From NCBI GenBank assembly GCA_047285805.1, contig JBJBCN010000003.1:576001-640000 (forward strand): DNA of 64,000 nt. Direction: 5' to 3'. The stretch comes from Synechococcus sp. (GTDB taxonomy: Bacteria; Cyanobacteriota; Cyanobacteriia; PCC-6307; Cyanobiaceae). The position numbers were made by a program, and so were the translations under genes. Shown here one piece after another: positions 40,696 through 53,062 of the stretch; position 1 is the first letter of the stretch; each line of letters opens with the position of its first letter. The notes under the pieces were generated by a model. The model saw nothing but the letters and a program-made list of their open reading frames with translations. It ran no database searches and was not told the DNA's origin.

Positions 40696-41362
40696 TCGGC
40701 TCCGGCTCTATCAATTGGTCAGCCCGGCGCTGCCGGTGGGGGCCTTCAGCTATTCCGAGGGCTTGGAGGTCTTGGTTCAGTCCGGTCAGCTCAGCTCCGA
40801 GCAGGCGATGGAGGATTGGCTTAGGGCGGAGCTGCTGCGTGGTGGCGTGGCCATGGAGGCCGCCGCGCTTGCGCCCTTGATGGCTCTGCTGCGCGCCTGG
40901 AGCGCTGGTGAGCCGGAGGCGGAGCAGCAGCTGCGCAGCCTGGGTCGTTGGTTGCTGGTGCAGCGCGAAGCGGTGGAGCTGCGAGCCCAGCAACGCCAGA
41001 TGGGACGGTCATTGGTCACGTTGCTCGCCGACCTCGGTTGGCCCCTGCCCCAAGTCGGGGTCCCGTTGGCCTGGCCAGCGGCCTACGCCTGGGCCTGCGT
41101 ATCCCTTGCGTTGGATTCGCCGGAGGTGGAGGAGGCCTACCTCTACTCCTGGGTTGCCAATCAGCTCAGTGCGGCGGTCCGTTTGGTTCCCTTCGGCCCG
41201 ACCCAAGCCCAACGCCTGCAACTCAAGCTCGCCCCGCTCTTGGCCCAGCGGGGGCAGGAGCTGGCGGCGCTGGACCCGCGGCAGCAGTGGAACGGCGCGG
41301 TTGGGGCGGGGATTGCCCAGTTGCGCCACGCGGAGCTTTACTCACGTCTCTTCCGCAGCTGA
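40688..41362 (+). CDS. ureF: Urease accessory protein F
   Basis: SPALPVGAFSYSEGLE; C-terminal YSRLFRS. Confidence 0.95.
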   Translation: MADRLRLYQLVSPALPVGAFSYSEGLEVLVQSGQLSSEQAMEDWLRAELLRGGVAMEAAALAPLMALLRAWSAGEPEAEQQLRSLGRWLLVQREAVELRAQQRQMGRSLVTLLADLGWPLPQVGVPLAWPAAYAWACVSLALDSPEVEEAYLYSWVANQLSAAVRLVPFGPTQAQRLQLKLAPLLAQRGQELAALDPRQQWNGAVGAGIAQLRHAELYSRLFRS

Positions 41363-41407
41363 GCAGATCACCATGCTCAACTTCAACGGTGCTAGGGGGC
41401 TAAGGCG

Positions 41408-42016
41408 ATGACGACCAGTCGTTTGCGGGTGGGTGTGGCCGGTCCGGTCGGCTCGGGGAAGACGGCTCTCGTGGAGGCGCTCTGCCGTCGCCTGCGTGAG
41501 CGACTGGAGTTGGCGGTGGTGACCAACGACATCTATACCCAGGAGGACGCCCAATTCCTGACCCGCGCAGGAGCGCTGGAGCCCGGGCGCATTCGCGGCG
41601 TCGAAACAGGAGGCTGTCCCCATACGGCCATTCGGGAAGACTGCTCGATTAACCGAGCTGCCGTCGCGGATCTCGAGGAGGCCTATCCGAATCTCGATCT
41701 GGTGCTGGTCGAGAGCGGTGGTGACAACTTGGCGGCCAGCTTCAGCCCGGAGCTGGTGGACCTCTGCATCTATGTCATTGATGTGGCGGCAGGAGACAAG
41801 ATTCCGCGCAAAGGCGGTCCTGGCATTACTCGATCCGACCTGCTGGTGATCAACAAGATCGATTTGGCTCCCATGGTGGGGGCCAGCCTTGAGGTGATGG
41901 AGCGCGACACTGAGCGGATGCGCCCGGGCCGAAGCTGGTGTTTCACCAACCTCCACAGCGGCGAGGGAGTCGAGAAGGTCGAGATCTTTCTGTTGCAACA
42001 GCTACCGAAGCGGTAA
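41408..42016 (+). CDS. ureG: Urease accessory GTPase G
   Basis: [26 protein letters not shown]. Confidence 0.97.
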   Translation: MTTSRLRVGVAGPVGSGKTALVEALCRRLRERLELAVVTNDIYTQEDAQFLTRAGALEPGRIRGVETGGCPHTAIREDCSINRAAVADLEEAYPNLDLVLVESGGDNLAASFSPELVDLCIYVIDVAAGDKIPRKGGPGITRSDLLVINKIDLAPMVGASLEVMERDTERMRPGRSWCFTNLHSGEGVEKVEIFLLQQLPKR

Positions 42017-42104
42017 TTTATTTGTCGCCGTTGATGCGGCGCGAAAACGCCAAATTCTCATTTGAATTCGCGCGATGCGGATAAGTCTCGCAATTGTCAG
42101 TCTT

Positions 42105-42146
42105 GTGCCTATTGATACCAATTGGCATGGTTCAGCTCGATACGTT
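42105..42146 (+). promoter_or_regulatory. NtcA-activated (class II) promoter of urtA
   Basis: GTG-CCTATTGA-TAC, then 22 nt, then TACGTT (-10, TAN3T); a second GTT-N8-TAC at 42130-42143 overlaps the -10. Confidence 0.75.
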
Positions 42147-42192
42147 CGAGCAACCGCTTAACGACGGCGGCGGCCTTCATTGATTCAAAGTT

Positions 42193-43497
42193 ATGGCATC
42201 TCCTTTGATGCGCAAGTCCTCGTTGCGTCTGCTGACCGGTGCAACGGCCCTGGCGACTTCGCTGAGCTTGGTGGCCTGCGGTGGCGGTGACTCCGCCTCA
42301 AATGTTCAGTACGACGACACGGTTAAAGTCGGGATTCTTCACTCCCTGACTGGAACGATGGCCATTTCGGAGTCCACTCTGGTGGACACCGAGAAGATGG
42401 CTATTGATGAGATCAATGCCGCCGGCGGTGTCACCGTTGACGGCAAGAAATACAAGATTGAGTACATCGTTGAAGACGGCGCATCCGATTGGCCGACCTT
42501 CGCTGAGAAGTCCAAGAAGCTGATCGATCAGGACCAGGTTCCTGTGGTCTTCGGTGGTTGGACATCCGCCAGCCGCAAGGCGATGCTGCCGGTTTACGAG
42601 TCGAAGGACGCCTTCCTCTACTACCCGATTCAGTACGAGGGCCAGGAGTGTTCGAAGAACATCTTCTACACGGGCGCGACTCCGAACCAGCAATCAGAGC
42701 CCGCCACCGAGTTCATGTTTAAGAAGTCGCCTGCCGCTGGCAAGCCCTTCTTCCTGGTGGGATCGGATTACGTCTTCCCCCGCACTTCCAACACCATCAC
42801 CAAGCAGCAGCTCAAGTCGCTGGGCGGCAAGGTCGTCGGTGAGGACTACCTGCCTCTCGGCAACACCGAAGTGGCTCCGATCATCGCCAAGATCAAGAAG
42901 GCGATGCCCAACGGCGGTGTGATCATCAACACCTTGAATGGTGACCAGAACGTTGCTTTCTTCAAGCAGATCCAGGACGCCGGTCTGACCCCGGCCAATG
43001 GCTACTACGTGATGAGCTACTCCATCGCGGAAGAAGAGATCAGCACCATTGGATCTGAGTTCCTCGAGGGCCACTACGGCGCCTGGAACTACATGATGTC
43101 GATCAACACCCCGGCATCGAAGAAGTTCGCCGCTGACTTCAAGAAGAAGTATGGCAGCGATCGCATGGTCGCTGACCCACAGGAGTCGGCCTACAACATG
43201 GTCTACCTCTGGAAGGCTGCCGTCGAGAAGGCCAACAGCTTCGATGACGACAAGGTGCGCGAAGCCCTGATCGGCATCGAATTCGATGCACCCCAGGGCA
43301 AGGTCAAGGTGATGCCCAACCATCACCTCTCCCAGACCGTGCGCATCGGTGAGATCACCAAGGACGGTCAGTTCAAGATCCTCCAGTCCACAAACGGTCC
43401 AGTGGCTCCTCAGGCCTGGAACCAGTACGAGCCCAGCTCCAAGGGCTACGCCTGCGACTGGACGGACGCCAAGAAGGGTGAGCGCTACAAGCTCTGA
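42193..43497 (+). CDS. urtA: Urea ABC transporter substrate-binding lipoprotein
   Basis: Lipobox LVAC; GILHSLTGTMAISE, FGGWTSASRK, YPIQYEGQE. Confidence 0.96.
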   Translation: MASPLMRKSSLRLLTGATALATSLSLVACGGGDSASNVQYDDTVKVGILHSLTGTMAISESTLVDTEKMAIDEINAAGGVTVDGKKYKIEYIVEDGASDWPTFAEKSKKLIDQDQVPVVFGGWTSASRKAMLPVYESKDAFLYYPIQYEGQECSKNIFYTGATPNQQSEPATEFMFKKSPAAGKPFFLVGSDYVFPRTSNTITKQQLKSLGGKVVGEDYLPLGNTEVAPIIAKIKKAMPNGGVIINTLNGDQNVAFFKQIQDAGLTPANGYYVMSYSIAEEEISTIGSEFLEGHYGAWNYMMSINTPASKKFAADFKKKYGSDRMVADPQESAYNMVYLWKAAVEKANSFDDDKVREALIGIEFDAPQGKVKVMPNHHLSQTVRIGEITKDGQFKILQSTNGPVAPQAWNQYEPSSKGYACDWTDAKKGERYKL

Positions 43498-43524
43498 TCG
43501 CCCTCTCCGGCTGCTCTGACTGAT

Positions 43525-43554
43525 GGGGGAGTCCTTCCGGGGACTCCTCTTTTT
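43525..43554 (+). terminator. Stem-loop/terminator between urtA and urtB
   Basis: GGGGGAGTCC...GGACTCCTC followed by a T-run. Confidence 0.75.
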
Positions 43555-43589
43555 CTGCTTTCTCCCCTGCTTGCCTGCTTCGGATTTCC

Positions 43590-44744
43590 GTGCAACTGCT
43601 GTTTGAAAGCCTCTTCAACGGCGTGGCCATCGGCTCGGTGTTGCTGATGGCCGCCCTTGGACTGGCGATTGTGTTCGGCTTGATGGGGGTGATCAACCTC
43701 GCCCATGGCGAGCTGATCATGCTCGGCGCCTACACGACCTACGTCGTGCAGCTGATCTTCAAGCTGCCGGCCTTTGAACCTGTCTACAACCTCTATGTCT
43801 TGGTGGCGATTCCGCTGGCCTTCGTGGTGAGCGGCGTCGTCGGAATCCTGTTGGAGCGGACGGTGATTCGCCGTCTCTACGGCAATCCCCTCGAGACCTT
43901 GCTGGCGACCTGGGGGGTGAGCCTGATCCTGCAGCAGTTCGTGCGCAGTGTTCCCCTGGCCACCGCCGCTGGCTTGGTGCTCGCCCTGGTGGTGGGCTTC
44001 AGCTTGCCGTTGGTGTTGCCCTCACCCCTACTGCAGGGACCGCGGGCGCGACTCGTGCGTGCCGGTTGTTGGGTGACCTCGGCCTTGGCCGGGGTGTTCT
44101 TGGCGGGTGGTCTGGCTTCGCAGATCTCGCGGATTGCACGTGCCACGTCCAGAAACGTCGATGTGACTGCGCCGCAATGGATGCGTGGTGGCTTGGAGTG
44201 GGCCGATCTCACCCTGCCGGTGCCTCGGCTGGTGATAATTGTGATGACCGTCGTCTCGGTGCTTGGAGTCACCCTCTTCCTCAACCGCAGTGTTTGGGGA
44301 ACACGCATTCGTGCCGTGACCCAGAACCGGTCAATGAGTGACTGCCTGGGTATCCCTACGGACACCGTCGACGTTCTGACTTTCGGCATTGGTTCTGGAC
44401 TGGCGGGGATTGCCGGCGTTGCTGTCTCACTCCTCGGCTCGGTGGGGCCCAATGTGGGTGGCTCTTACATTGTCGGGTGCTTCATGGTTGTGGTCCTCGG
44501 TGGGGTGGGCAATCTCTTTGGCGCCGTCCTGGCGTCATTTGCCATTGGATGGCTCACGGATCTGATCGGCGCCGGTCGTCTGCTGACGCTCTGGCCTGCA
44601 ATGCCGCCTCCGCTGGCCGCGACGGTGCAGTTCTTCGCCACGACGAGCATGGCGCAGGTGATGGTCTTCGCCCTGATCGTTCTGTTCTTGCAGTTCCGTC
44701 CCGCGGGCCTCTTCCCGCAGAAGGGACGCATGGTGGAGGCCTGA
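43590..44744 (+). CDS. urtB: Urea ABC transporter permease
   Basis: GLMGVINLAHGE, PLETLLATWG, QFRPAGLF. Confidence 0.95.
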   Translation: MQLLFESLFNGVAIGSVLLMAALGLAIVFGLMGVINLAHGELIMLGAYTTYVVQLIFKLPAFEPVYNLYVLVAIPLAFVVSGVVGILLERTVIRRLYGNPLETLLATWGVSLILQQFVRSVPLATAAGLVLALVVGFSLPLVLPSPLLQGPRARLVRAGCWVTSALAGVFLAGGLASQISRIARATSRNVDVTAPQWMRGGLEWADLTLPVPRLVIIVMTVVSVLGVTLFLNRSVWGTRIRAVTQNRSMSDCLGIPTDTVDVLTFGIGSGLAGIAGVAVSLLGSVGPNVGGSYIVGCFMVVVLGGVGNLFGAVLASFAIGWLTDLIGAGRLLTLWPAMPPPLAATVQFFATTSMAQVMVFALIVLFLQFRPAGLFPQKGRMVEA

Positions 44745-44748
44745 GCCG

Positions 44749-45876
44749 ATGTTCCAACGTTTTCAGCAGTCCCGCTGGCCGCAGCTCCTGCTGTGGGTGC
44801 TGATCATTGCCGCGATCGTTGCGGCCCCTGCGGTCCTGCCTGTCTTTCGTCTCAACCTGCTGGGCCGCTTCCTCTCGCTGGCGATTGTTTCCTTGGGCAT
44901 TGATCTGATCTGGGGCTTCACCGGGTTGCTCAGCCTGGGGCAGGGGATCTTCTTTGCCTTGGGCGGCTATGCCGCGGCGATGTATCTGCAGCTCAATAGC
45001 TCTTCCGGTTTCCCCAATGGCATTCCGGAGTTCTTCGGCCTCTATGGCGTGAAGCAGCTTCCGGCGTTCTGGCAGCCCTTCCATTCGCCCCTGTTCACCC
45101 TGGTGGCGATCTGGTTGATCCCGGCCGTCCTGGCGGCCGTGCTTGGCAACCTGGTGTTTCGCAACCGCATCAAAGGGGTCTACTTCTCGATCCTGACCCA
45201 GGCGGCCCTGTTGGTCTTTTTCAACTTCTTCAACGGCCAGCAAAAACTGATCAACGGCACCAACGGTCTCAAGACCGACGTGACCCAGTTGTTTGGCCAG
45301 ATGGTGGGTTCGCCGGAGATGCAGCGCGGCTTCTTCTGGTTCACCGCGCTGATGGTGATCGCGGCCTGGGCCTTTGTGCGTTGGGTGGTGCGCGGTCGCT
45401 TTGGCGATGTCTTGATTGCCATTCGCGATGACGAGCCGCGGCTGCGCTTTGCGGGGTTCAACCCGACCCTCTTCAAGACGATCGTCTTCGCGATTGCCGG
45501 TGGTTTGTCCGGCATTGGGGGGGCGCTCTACACGGTGCAATCCGGGATCGTCTCGCCCCAATACATGACCGTTCCCTTCTCGATCGAGATGGTGATTTGG
45601 GTGGCCGTGGGCGGTCGCGGCACGTTGGTGGGGGCCATCTTGGGCGCCGTCGCGATCAACTACGCCAAGAGCCTGGTCAGTGAGGCCATGCCCCAGAGCT
45701 GGCTCTTCATCCAAGGCGGTCTGTTCATCTTGGTGGTCACCGCCTTGCCGGAGGGCGTCATCGGTTGGTGGCGCAGCGATGGGCCCCGCAACCTGCTCAC
45801 GCGCCTGGGCATCGCCCGGCGCATTGGCACCTATCCGCAATTGGAATTGGACGGACAAGAGGAGGTTGAGCCATGA
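44749..45876 (+). CDS. urtC: Urea ABC transporter permease
   Basis: DLIWGFTGLLSLGQ, GVYFSILTQA, VAVGGRGTL. Confidence 0.95.
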   Translation: MFQRFQQSRWPQLLLWVLIIAAIVAAPAVLPVFRLNLLGRFLSLAIVSLGIDLIWGFTGLLSLGQGIFFALGGYAAAMYLQLNSSSGFPNGIPEFFGLYGVKQLPAFWQPFHSPLFTLVAIWLIPAVLAAVLGNLVFRNRIKGVYFSILTQAALLVFFNFFNGQQKLINGTNGLKTDVTQLFGQMVGSPEMQRGFFWFTALMVIAAWAFVRWVVRGRFGDVLIAIRDDEPRLRFAGFNPTLFKTIVFAIAGGLSGIGGALYTVQSGIVSPQYMTVPFSIEMVIWVAVGGRGTLVGAILGAVAINYAKSLVSEAMPQSWLFIQGGLFILVVTALPEGVIGWWRSDGPRNLLTRLGIARRIGTYPQLELDGQEEVEP

Positions 45877-46628
45877 GTGCCCCCTTGCTTGAACTGCGCG
45901 AGATCACCGTCAGCTTTGACGGATTTCTGGCCCTGCGTGATCTCAACCTCAGCCTCCAGCCCGGAGAGCTGCGGGCGGTCATCGGCCCCAATGGTGCGGG
46001 CAAGACCACCTTCTTGGATGTGATCACGGGCAAGACCGCACCCACGGAAGGGGATGTGATTTTTCAAGGACGCTCCCTGGTGGGTCGTGCGGAGCATCGC
46101 ATTGCCCGGCTGGGCATTGGGCGCAAATTTCAGAGCCCCCGCGTTTTTGAGAGGCTCAGCGTTCAGGAGAACTTGGCCCTGGCGGTGAGCCGCCCCAAGC
46201 AGCCCTGGCCCCTGCTGTTTGGTCCCCTCGGCGGCCAGGAGCGAGAGCGGGTGCATCACCTGATGGGCATCGTCAATCTGCAGAGCCGTGCGGACTGGGA
46301 AGCGGGAGCCCTCTCCCACGGCCAGAAGCAATGGCTCGAGATCGCGATGCTGGTGGGCCAGGACCCCGACCTGCTCCTGGTGGATGAACCGGTGGCCGGT
46401 CTGACCGATGAGGAGACCGACCTCACCGCCGACTTGCTCAAGTCCCTTGCCGGTGACCACACAGTGCTTGTAATTGAGCACGACATGGAGTTCATCCGCC
46501 GCCTGGAGAGTCCTGTGACGGTGCTGCATCAGGGGCATGTGCTCTGTGAGGGAACCATGGATCAGGTCCAGGTCGATCCCCGGGTGATTGAGGTCTATCT
46601 CGGAACATCAGAGGAGGAACATCCATGA
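45873..46628 (+). CDS. urtD: Urea ABC transporter ATPase
   Basis: GPNGAGKT, LSHGQKQWLE, LLVDEP. Confidence 0.95.
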   Translation: MSAPLLELREITVSFDGFLALRDLNLSLQPGELRAVIGPNGAGKTTFLDVITGKTAPTEGDVIFQGRSLVGRAEHRIARLGIGRKFQSPRVFERLSVQENLALAVSRPKQPWPLLFGPLGGQERERVHHLMGIVNLQSRADWEAGALSHGQKQWLEIAMLVGQDPDLLLVDEPVAGLTDEETDLTADLLKSLAGDHTVLVIEHDMEFIRRLESPVTVLHQGHVLCEGTMDQVQVDPRVIEVYLGTSEEEHP

Positions 46629-47335
46629 CTGCTCTGCTGGAGATCCGCGGGCTGAACACCTATTACGGCGAGAGCCACATCCTGCGGGACGTCGATCTCA
46701 CCGTGAATGCCGGGGAGATGGTCTGCCTAATTGGCCGCAATGGGGTGGGAAAGACCACCCTGCTGAAGTCGCTGATCGGTCTGCTTCGCGCCCGTCAGGG
46801 CTCCATTGATTTCAACGGTGCCGTCCTGGATCGCCAGGCGCCCCATCAACGGGCGCGCGCTGGCTTGGGGTACGTGCCGCAGGGGCGGGAAATCATCCCG
46901 CAGCTGACCGTGGAGGAGAACTTGATGCTCGGCATGGAGGCGCTCCCCGGGGGATTGGCCCGCCATCCCCGCATTGATCCTTTTGTCTACGAGCTCTTCC
47001 CGATCCTGCGCGAGTTCTTACCCCGTAAGGGTGGGGATCTCAGCGGCGGTCAGCAGCAGCAACTGGCGATTGCTCGGGCACTTCTCGGGCAGCCCAAATT
47101 GCTGCTGTTGGATGAGCCCACCGAGGGGATTCAGCCCAACATCGTTCAGGACATTGAATCTGCGGTGCGCCGGATCATTGCTGAGACCGGCATTGGCGTT
47201 CTGCTCGTCGAGCAACACCTCCACTTTGTTCGCCAGGCGGACCGCTACTACGCGATGCAACGTGGGGGCATCGTGGCCAGCGGCCCCACCGCCGAGTTGA
47301 GCCAAGACGTGGTCAATCGCTTCCTCAGCGTTTGA
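46625..47335 (+). CDS. urtE: Urea ABC transporter ATPase
   Basis: GRNGVGKT, LSGGQQQ, LLDEPTEGIQP. Confidence 0.95.
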   Translation: MTALLEIRGLNTYYGESHILRDVDLTVNAGEMVCLIGRNGVGKTTLLKSLIGLLRARQGSIDFNGAVLDRQAPHQRARAGLGYVPQGREIIPQLTVEENLMLGMEALPGGLARHPRIDPFVYELFPILREFLPRKGGDLSGGQQQQLAIARALLGQPKLLLLDEPTEGIQPNIVQDIESAVRRIIAETGIGVLLVEQHLHFVRQADRYYAMQRGGIVASGPTAELSQDVVNRFLSV

Positions 47336-47337
47336 TC

Positions 47338-48159
47338 TCAGTCCGCCACGAGTGGATCAAAGAGGGCCCTGATCTCCTGCCGGTTGTGGGGGGGCAGGGC
47401 TTGGCCATCCAGGCTTTCGATCGGTCTGCAGCTGAGGCTGTTGATCAGCAGCCAGCGGTCGCCGCTTTGGGGTTGGGCCTCGAGCTGCGATTCTTGGACG
47501 AGGCCACGGTTCAGCAGTTGCCCGCGCATCACCCCCGGAAGGCAGCCGCTGCTGAGGGGTGGCGTGAGCCATTGGCCCTTGCGCTGCACCAGCAGGTTGG
47601 CGGCGGTTCCGCAGCAGAGTTCACCGCTCGTGTTCAGCAGCACGGCGTCATCGGCTCCTGCCGCTTGGGCCTCGCGGCGGGCCTGGATGCCTTGCCCGTA
47701 GGCAAAGGTCTTGCAATGGCTCAAGCGGCTGGAGCCATTGCGCCGCTCATGGCGACTCACGATCGCCCGCACGGCTGAAAACTGGGGGGTGCTTGCACTG
47801 AGCTGCAGCCAGAAGCGCGGCGCGAGGACCTCCGGGCGATCCAGACCGCGGCCGCCACTGCCGCCACTCCAGTTCAGGCGCAGGGCGCCATTGCCATGGG
47901 TCAGATCGCAACGGGCAATCGCCTCCACCACCAGTGGTTGGACCACGTCGGTCTGGGGCGGCTCGGGCAGGCCCAGCAGCGTGGCACTGCGGTGCCAGCG
48001 CTCAAGATGGGGCACAAGCAACCGGGCGCGTCCATCCAGCACCAGCACCGTCTCAAACAGACCGTCGGCCAGCAGGAGCCCCCGGTCATTCAGGGGGAGT
48101 TCGGGCGTGTTCCTCTCCCCCCAGCGGCCATCGATCCAGCTCAGGCAGCGGCCTGTCAT
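47338..48159 (-). CDS. pabC: Class IV aminotransferase (probable 4-amino-4-deoxychorismate lyase)
   Basis: DRGLLLADGLFET, CLPGVMR; overlaps the stop of the pabB-like gene. Confidence 0.8.
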   Translation of the reverse strand: MTGRCLSWIDGRWGERNTPELPLNDRGLLLADGLFETVLVLDGRARLLVPHLERWHRSATLLGLPEPPQTDVVQPLVVEAIARCDLTHGNGALRLNWSGGSGGRGLDRPEVLAPRFWLQLSASTPQFSAVRAIVSRHERRNGSSRLSHCKTFAYGQGIQARREAQAAGADDAVLLNTSGELCCGTAANLLVQRKGQWLTPPLSSGCLPGVMRGQLLNRGLVQESQLEAQPQSGDRWLLINSLSCRPIESLDGQALPPHNRQEIRALFDPLVAD

Positions 48160-49463
48160 CCCAGGGCCTCCAGCAGCGGGTTCAGCTTCCAGCCCAATTC
48201 CTCGGCTTCGGCCTGGGGATTGGAGTCGGCCACGATGCCGCAGCCTGCATGGCAGCGCAGGGTGGTGCCGTGTTGGAGCACGGTGCGGATCAGGATGCTG
48301 CTGTCGAAGCTGCCATCCCAATCCCGCCGAAGCAAGGAGCCGCAGTAGGGCCCCCGGGCTACCGGCTCCAGTTCGGCGATGCGCTGGCAGGCCCGCAGCT
48401 TGGGTGCCCCGGTGATGGAGCCCCCCGGCCAGCAGGCCTGCAGGAGGTCGACCCAACTGGTACCCGTCCGCAGCTGTCCGGTGACCACCGAGGTGAGGTG
48501 GTGGACCTGGGCATAGCTCTCTAGGCCCACCAATTGCGGCACCTGGATGGAGCCGCTCTTGCAGACGCGGCCGAGGTCGTTGCGCAACAGATCGACGATC
48601 ATTACGTTCTCGGCCCGGTCCTTGCTGCTGCAGACCAACTCCGCCGCCTGATCGGCGTCTCGCTCGGGGTCCACCATGCGCGGCCGGGTGCCTTTGATCG
48701 GGCGCGTCTCGACCTTGCCACTCGGGCTGACCTGCAGGAAGCGTTCCGGTGAGGCCGAAATCACCGCTTCCCCGGGGGCGACCACCAGGCCGGCAAAGGG
48801 CGCCGGGCAGCGCCGTCGCAAGCGCTCAAACAGCGCCAAGGGTTCAGCTGGGGCCTCCAGTGGACTGGAGCAGCAGGCAGTGAGGTTCGCCTGAAAGATG
48901 TCACCGCTGGCGATGCGTTCACGGATCCGCTGGACCCCTGCGCTGAACGTTTCCGGGCTGCTGTGCCAGTGCCAGTGGGCAATGGCCGTTGGTTCCATGG
49001 GATTGGCCTGGGTCCCTGGCAGTGCTTCCGCCCAGGCGGCCATGGCCTCCAGGCGCGTGGGGTCGAGCCCCTCCAGCCAGAGCCTCTGCTCCTGTAGGTC
49101 GAAGCGAAAGATCGGATCGTGGCGGGCGATCCAGAGGGTCGCCATCGCATCGGCCTTCCAGTGGGCCGCGGGTTCCACCCAGGCGGCGGCTTCGTAGCTG
49201 AGCCAGCCGCACCAATGCCCCTCCCTTAGCTGGCGCAGCGCCTTGAAGGGATTGCAACTTCCGTTCTCCTCCGGGAGGCCGCGGCAGACGATCTGCTCGA
49301 GCGGATTGGCGGCCAAGCTGGCCCATCTGCCCAGGCTGCTGCCGTCCCCATCGAGCCAGATCAGCCCCTCCGATCCGAAGCGCGCGGCGAGGTGGCGGGC
49401 GAGGTCAGCGGGTTCGGTCCAGGGGAGTGGCCGTTGGCTAGGCCGTGGAGCGCTGCCCATCAC
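48156..49463 (-). CDS. pabB: Aminodeoxychorismate synthase component I (TrpE family)
   Basis: SPERFL, RPIKGTRPR, KDRAENVMIVDLLRNDL, PGGSITGAPK. Confidence 0.85.
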   Translation of the reverse strand: MMGSAPRPSQRPLPWTEPADLARHLAARFGSEGLIWLDGDGSSLGRWASLAANPLEQIVCRGLPEENGSCNPFKALRQLREGHWCGWLSYEAAAWVEPAAHWKADAMATLWIARHDPIFRFDLQEQRLWLEGLDPTRLEAMAAWAEALPGTQANPMEPTAIAHWHWHSSPETFSAGVQRIRERIASGDIFQANLTACCSSPLEAPAEPLALFERLRRRCPAPFAGLVVAPGEAVISASPERFLQVSPSGKVETRPIKGTRPRMVDPERDADQAAELVCSSKDRAENVMIVDLLRNDLGRVCKSGSIQVPQLVGLESYAQVHHLTSVVTGQLRTGTSWVDLLQACWPGGSITGAPKLRACQRIAELEPVARGPYCGSLLRRDWDGSFDSSILIRTVLQHGTTLRCHAGCGIVADSNPQAEAEELGWKLNPLLEALG

Positions 49464-50156
49464 TTAGTGGCTCGTCAGGTCGGGGCGCCCGGCCTCGATC
49501 AGGGCCGCATCGCGAATGCGGCAGCTGTCGCAGACCCCGCACGGGTGCTCGCCGCCGCTGTAGCAACTCCAGGTCTGTTCAATCGGCACCCCCAAGCGCA
49601 GCGCCTCCTGGACGATCTTGGTTTTGCTCCACTTCACCAGGGGGGCCCAGAGCTGGGTGCCATGGCCCTCTCGGCCGGCCTTGCTGGCCAGGTCCGCCAG
49701 GGTCTGGAAGGCTCCGAGGTAATCCGGGCGGCAGTCCGGGTAGCCGGAGTAGTCGACCGCATTGACTCCCAGCACCAGCCGTTCGGCGCCGCGGGCCTCC
49801 GCCAGGCTGAGGCCGATGGCGATAAACACCGTGTTGCGCCCCGGGACGTAGGTGCTGGGGATCACGCCGTCCTGTACCCCCGCGTTGGGAATCTCCATGG
49901 CAGTGTCGGTCAGTGCGGATCCACCCCAGGCCGCCAGGTTGACGCTGATGCTGTGGTGTTCTGCCAAGCCCAGGGCCTGCGCGACCGCGGCAGCGGCCTG
50001 GAGTTCGCTCCGATGGCGCTGGCCGTAGTCAAAGGATAGGCCGATCACGCGGTAGCCCTCTGCTTGGGCGAGGGCGGCGGCGGTGGCGGAATCCAGCCCT
50101 CCGGAGAGAAGGGCGATGGCGATAGGCAAGGCTTCGGTGGAAGGCACCGTATCCAT
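49464..50156 (-). CDS. queC: 7-cyano-7-deazaguanine synthase
   Basis: [33 protein letters not shown]. Confidence 0.96.
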   Translation of the reverse strand: MDTVPSTEALPIAIALLSGGLDSATAAALAQAEGYRVIGLSFDYGQRHRSELQAAAAVAQALGLAEHHSISVNLAAWGGSALTDTAMEIPNAGVQDGVIPSTYVPGRNTVFIAIGLSLAEARGAERLVLGVNAVDYSGYPDCRPDYLGAFQTLADLASKAGREGHGTQLWAPLVKWSKTKIVQEALRLGVPIEQTWSCYSGGEHPCGVCDSCRIRDAALIEAGRPDLTSH

Positions 50157-50170
50157 GATGGCCACTCGCC

Positions 50171-52464
<2,294 letters not shown>

Positions 52465-52505
52465 TCAATGTACTGGCCGGATCTAGGGGCTCTCGCCGCG
52501 AAGGC

Positions 52506-53013
52506 CTATTGATCGAGGAGGCTGCGCTGCATTCAGGCGGTTTTCTCGTGGATCTGCAGCCGTTGGGTCAGCAGGTCTGAGGTCGGTTCAGCAACGGCGG
52601 CATCGGCCAGCGGCAAAATACCGCGGGCGGTCCTGGCCACGGATTTATGGCCGCTTACTAACAGCCGGATCATCTCCAGGGCTGAGGGCTGAGGGCTGAG
52701 GGCTGAGGGCTGAGGGCTGAGGGCTGCTGGGGCGCTTCGGCAATCGAGGCCAGTTGGCTCAGGGTCGTCCCGCCATGGGGAGCGACGACCCCACGGTCTG
52801 AATGCGCTCGGCGATGACATCCAGGGCGGTCCAGAGCTCCGTTTACTGGTCCATGAAAATCAGATGGGGCGTGTTGAACATCGGCCCGGTGACGTTCCAG
52901 TGAAAGCCGTGGGTGTTGCCGTAGAGGACGTAGGTGTCCGCGAGAAGGCGGCTGAGGCCCTGGGCGACCTCCTGCAGCTCGGCTTCAGGGATGCCGATGT
53001 CGATGCTGGGCAT
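52506..53013 (-). pseudogene. dps: Dps/ferritin-like protein, inactivated
   Basis: [24 protein letters not shown] and [14 protein letters not shown] remnants; in-frame TAA (52843-52845) and TGA (52533-52535), a 1-nt deletion near 52790 and a repeat expansion. Confidence 0.93.
52678..52726. repeat. Perfect tandem repeat (AGGGCTG)x7
   Basis: Seven exact 7-bp units read directly from the sequence. Confidence 0.97.
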
Positions 53014-53062
53014 GGTGCTGGCATCACTCGTGCACGCGTCTGCCCGAGTGATAGGTGGATTT

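Noticed and set aside
52678..52726. Repeat as a CRISPR array
   Set aside because: 7-bp units with no spacers, and no cas genes in the window
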